From positions 1 to 40,178 of the forward strand of contig CAYSZE010000248.1 in assembly GCA_964435255.1 (NCBI GenBank): a stretch of 40,178 nt of DNA, given 5' to 3'. Of this stretch, positions 38,736-40,178 are shown piece after piece. Below the pieces are notes generated by a model that saw nothing but the letters and a program-made list of their open reading frames with translations, did no database searches and had not been told where the DNA came from. The DNA comes from an uncultured Oligoflexia bacterium (GTDB taxonomy: Bacteria > Bdellovibrionota_B > Oligoflexia > Silvanigrellales > Silvanigrellaceae). A program made the translations under genes and the position numbers. Each line of letters starts with the position of its first letter. Position 1 is the stretch's first letter.

Positions 38736-40178
38736 TTAATGTCCTCCTGCCTTAACTGGTTTTACAAGCTCATCAAATTCGTAGGGTCCATTTTTTGATA
38801 TAGGTTGTCTTTCAAAATTATGCTCAATTGGAACAACAGCTGTTTCTGTCCATTCCATTGACTTCCCTTTCCAAGGATTCGCCAATGTTTCTTTTTCTCC
38901 ATAAAAAATAGAGTGAATCCAATTGAATAAAACAATAAATAAACCAATTGATAAAATGTATGAACCAATTGTCGAAAGTAAATGGAAAGAATAATATTCA
39001 GGCAAATAATCATAATAACGCCGAGGCATACCACGAGATCCCATAACAAATTGAGGGAAAAACGTTAAATTAAAACCAATAAATACAACAACTGCACTTA
39101 TATTGCCCCAAGTTTGGCTAAATTTTTTCCCAGTTATCTTAGGCCACCAATGATAAATTCCACCAATCCATGCTATTAATGTTCCGCCCATCATAACATA
39201 GTGGAAATGCGCAACAACAAAATAAGTATTGTGAAGATGAACATCGGTTGATAACGAACCAAGAAAAATTCCTGTTAATCCACCAATTAAAAACAAAAAT
39301 AAAAACACAAACGCATAGCACATTGGTGTTGTAAAAGAAATTGAACCTTTATATAAAGTCGCAACCCAACTAAACACTTTAATTGCAGTAGGAACAGCAA
39401 CGCCATAAGTTAACAAAGAAAAGAAGACGGATGCAAGTGCAGACTGTCCACTTGTGAACATATGATGTCCCCAAACGAAAAATCCAATAACAGCAATGCC
39501 AATACTAGAAATAGCAACAGCTTTGTAACCAAAAATGCTTTTTCTTGAATGAATAGTAACAAGTTCACTAATAATTCCAAAACCTGGTAAAATCATGATA
39601 TACACAGCTGGGTGTGAATAAAACCAAAAGAAGTTCTGAAATAAAATAGGATCTCCACCTAAATTTGAATCAAAAATACCTATACCAAGTAAGCGTTCAA
39701 CAGCTACCAAGATTAATGTAACACCTACAACGGGTGTAGCAAGTACCTGTATAACGCTTGTCGCATATATAGCCCAAACAAATAATGGCATCTTTACCCA
39801 AGTCATACCAGGTGCGCGCATTTTATGAACAGTAACAATAAAGTTTACACCTGTTAAAATTGAAGCCATTCCTAAAATAAATGCTCCAAAAACAGCAGCA
39901 ATAACTGAAGTTGAAGTCTGAGTACTGTATGGAGTATAAAATGTCCAGCCAGTGTCTAAACCACCAAATGCAACAGTATAAACTAAAAATAAAGCTCCAA
40001 CGATATATAAATGAAAACTAATTAAATTTAAGTTAGGAAATGCAACATCTTTAGCACCAATCATAAGTGGTAAAAGAAAGTTTCCAAGTGTTGCTGGTAC
40101 TGATGGAATAATAACCAAAAAGACCATAATTGCGCCATGAAACGTAAATGCTTCATTATAATGATCGGCAGATATCAT
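38736..40178 (-). CDS. ctaD: Cytochrome c oxidase subunit I, A2 type; 5' end lies outside the window
   Basis: [42 protein letters not shown]. Confidence 0.96.
   Translation of the reverse strand: MISADHYNEAFTFHGAIMVFLVIIPSVPATLGNFLLPLMIGAKDVAFPNLNLISFHLYIVGALFLVYTVAFGGLDTGWTFYTPYSTQTSTSVIAAVFGAFILGMASILTGVNFIVTVHKMRAPGMTWVKMPLFVWAIYATSVIQVLATPVVGVTLILVAVERLLGIGIFDSNLGGDPILFQNFFWFYSHPAVYIMILPGFGIISELVTIHSRKSIFGYKAVAISSIGIAVIGFFVWGHHMFTSGQSALASVFFSLLTYGVAVPTAIKVFSWVATLYKGSISFTTPMCYAFVFLFLFLIGGLTGIFLGSLSTDVHLHNTYFVVAHFHYVMMGGTLIAWIGGIYHWWPKITGKKFSQTWGNISAVVVFIGFNLTFFPQFVMGSRGMPRRYYDYLPEYYSFHLLSTIGSYILSIGLFIVLFNWIHSIFYGEKETLANPWKGKSMEWTETAVVPIEHNFERQPISKNGPYEFDELVKPVKAGGH

Noticed and set aside
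356-39321. Short antisense or nested ORFs in the track (e.g. 356-712, 1952-2224, 6588-6917, 15477-15737, 28841-29206, 38762-39049)
   Set aside because: All lie within well-supported genes and show no recognisable motifs; they are shadow ORFs.

Overview
An AT-rich bacterial chromosomal window of about 35 CDSs. Gene content and style (split gcvPA/gcvPB, A2-type oxidase, short MenE/MenF, MinD-like ATPase + HTH + rluD block) suggest a Bdellovibrionota/Oligoflexia-like organism such as Silvanigrellales, but this is inference. Core genes: fabH, recN, two separated menaquinone blocks (menF-menD and menB-menA-[NRDE/TANGO2]-menC-menE-[MFS]), gcvT-H-PA-PB + yqhD, ppa, yciH, sucCD, rluD, and cytochrome c oxidase subunits I (partial), III and IV. 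Three very AT-rich accessory stretches (about 3.2-6.6, 19.6-27.1 and 29.7-31.8 kb) encode secreted orphans, a hydrolase/binding-protein/histidine-kinase triad, a CHAP amidase, a hotdog thioesterase, TetR, cytochrome b and GT87. No rRNA, tRNA, CRISPR or transposase was recognised. Leading candidates for new biology: (1) an NRDE/TANGO2 Ntn-hydrolase-like gene translationally coupled inside a menaquinone operon that lacks menI and menH, plus a terminal MFS transporter; (2) an alpha/beta hydrolase + periplasmic binding protein + orphan kinase unit whose hydrolase carries an apparent nonsense mutation; (3) a MinD-like ATPase paired with a soluble J-like/RodZ-HTH protein.
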